Shown: positions 62,219 through 64,000 of the stretch, piece by piece
Layout of the letters: each line of letters opens with the position of its first letter
How positions within the stretch are numbered: the stretch's first letter is position 1
DNA from: Botryllus schlosseri
Lineage: Eukaryota
Assembly (NCBI GenBank): GCA_051294905.1
Contig: CM119378.1
Span: forward strand, 2,854,001 to 2,918,000
Reading direction: 5' to 3'
Length of the DNA: 64,000 nucleotides
Made by a program: the position numbers and the translations under genes
The notes under the pieces: model-generated
Told to the model about the DNA's origin: nothing
Seen by the model: only the letters and a program-made list of their open reading frames with translations
The model's database searches: none

Positions 62219-63330
62219 TTAAGACAGTTCGAATCCTGTGTTATTAACGATGGCTTGCTTCAACTTTTCACGCAATATATCTTTGGAAGGATAGTTGGGA
62301 AGCTTCAGAAGGTTGAAGCAAGTGGACGCGGTGGGTAGCCGATGTCTCTGACCGCTTTGCTTCTTAGACGAAATACCGAAGAAGCCTGAAATAGACATGA
62401 AATGGTTTTATCTGACAAATTTTCTACCGAATGGGTCATGCGGAATTACACGAACAGCGTTAGTATGAACAACACTTGATATCCATTCAAGGGGTTATAT
62501 CTGAATTATAGACAATTATTTTCATTTTCAACCAGCATAAGCCTGTCCTTTCCCTGCCAATATCTAAAGGTGGGCCAAGCAGTCATCGTCTCCACTCAAA
62601 TAGACAAGGAAGTAACAAATTTTAAGACGTGACCAAATTGCCACAAGTGAATGTAAAAAATGAAGGCCTAAAATACTTTGATCGAGGGCTACTGTGAAAA
62701 TTGCAGGTCGCATCTTCGTGACTAATCAAAAAAGATTGCGGACACTAAAAATAGGTTTAATTTTCGAAAATAAATTCATTAACTGGGTAAAGGGGTTATC
62801 TTGCACAGTTGGCATGCCAATCACTCCCATAAAGGTGACGCGAACATACCCAAAACTTCTTTCTACCCCACAAACTCCAAAGTGCAAGAAGGAAATAGTT
62901 TTGGCTGGAACTTCTTAATAGCAAATAGTGCAAAAACCAAAACCAATTTATGAAGTGGCGCCAGTAATGGGGTTATAAAATCTTGAGATCCGAAAAAGTG
63001 GAAACTTTTCAAAAATTTAACTAAAAACGGGTGATTCTGTGATTCAGAAATTTTTCGAGGAATAATATTGGGTTGACTAAGGAGGGCCATTTTCCGATCT
63101 TGCTTTAGAGATACCAGTTTTTTTTTAGCCAACCCTGCTGTTCAGTACGTCGTGCTTCAATTTTTGCAAGTATTTCAACACTTTTCCTAGAAAACGAGGA
63201 CAGATCCTCTTAAATGAGGGCATATAGTATCCCTAGTACTTCGTTACTGACTACTTCTGCTAAAAACCCACCTCTAATGACAGTTCCCACTGAATCGCCG
63301 GTATCATCATCATCGGCAACTTCCACACAC
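62219..63330 (-). CDS. UBE3B: Last two coding exons of HECT E3 ubiquitin ligase UBE3B (gene continues beyond the window)
   Basis: Exons 63272-63330 ([20 protein letters not shown]) and 62219-62385 ([54 protein letters not shown]). Contains the HECT catalytic Cys motif plus the UBE3B-type DTGD..G.V.RGFF insert. Missed by the ORF track. Confidence 0.9.
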
Positions 63331-64000
63331 CTGAACAAAACGAGCATGTTGATCCTTATGACTAATTCTCATAGGTTACTAAATTTAAGGAGGTCACACA
63401 CAAGTGTAGACTACCCCTCAAACATGATTACAATAGCCATATCTGTACACTGTACAACGATAATCATAAATATGCTGATAAGGAAGACAAATCAGATGTG
63501 ACAATGGATGAGTTTGAGCTGTGCCCGACATACATCAATCAGTCTTAACCATTTCAAGCATTAAAAACCTCTGCACGCACAATTCACATCAATCGTACCA
63601 CCCATACGATAAATTGTACATTCGAAGTGATCGAAAAACGTAAGAAGACCACGCAAAAAATGTTACGGAAGTTCAACTTCCTTATGAGTAATATTACGTC
63701 ATTACGTCATTTGTTCAGTTATTTTGGATGGATCAAAGTTACATTCAATTCCATCTTAAAAACAGATTAGCACAAACATTGCACACACACAGAGTTGACA
63801 ACTAGAAAATTTTCAGATTTCTCAAATTCGCTCGGAATTAGATTTATAGCTACATAGTTTTCTCCAAATTAGACTAGAATAGAGTTACTGAATTCGCAAT
63901 AAACTTGGAAATTGAATAAAATTCCACATTAGAAATACAACAAAAATTAAGTTCTGTTCATTTCAAATCAGAGTCCATTATCATAAGCGTGAATATGGTG

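Overview
AT-rich, intron-containing, repeat-dense animal genomic DNA. Short introns and the repeat style suggest a marine invertebrate such as a tunicate, but that is inference. All gene models were built by hand from GT/AG sites and reading frame. From left to right: (1) the 3' half of an aromatic amino-acid decarboxylase-family gene (+) whose catalytic-loop Tyr is replaced by Phe; (2) a 2-exon small single-pass membrane protein (+); (3, 4) two tandem minus-strand paralogs, gene A (~9.9-24.8 kb) and gene B (~29.1-52.0 kb); (5) UBE2J1 (-); (6) the last two exons of UBE3B (-). In both A and B, an array of pogo/Tigger-type DNA-binding modules (Brinker-like HTH and CENP-B-type HTH), one per phase-0 exon, splices in frame onto a 7-exon PLP-dependent class-V aminotransferase/C-S lyase of the Egt2/CefD type. 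Gene A keeps the catalytic residues. Gene B keeps an intact frame but has lost the PLP-binding Lys, Asp and Tyr. This candidate DNA-binding-array/PLP-lyase fusion pair is the main finding. The introns contain hAT-type MITEs with 8-bp target-site duplications (TSDs), some nested, plus hAT transposase relics and about 12 copies of a repeat carrying a minimal hammerhead-ribozyme-like core.
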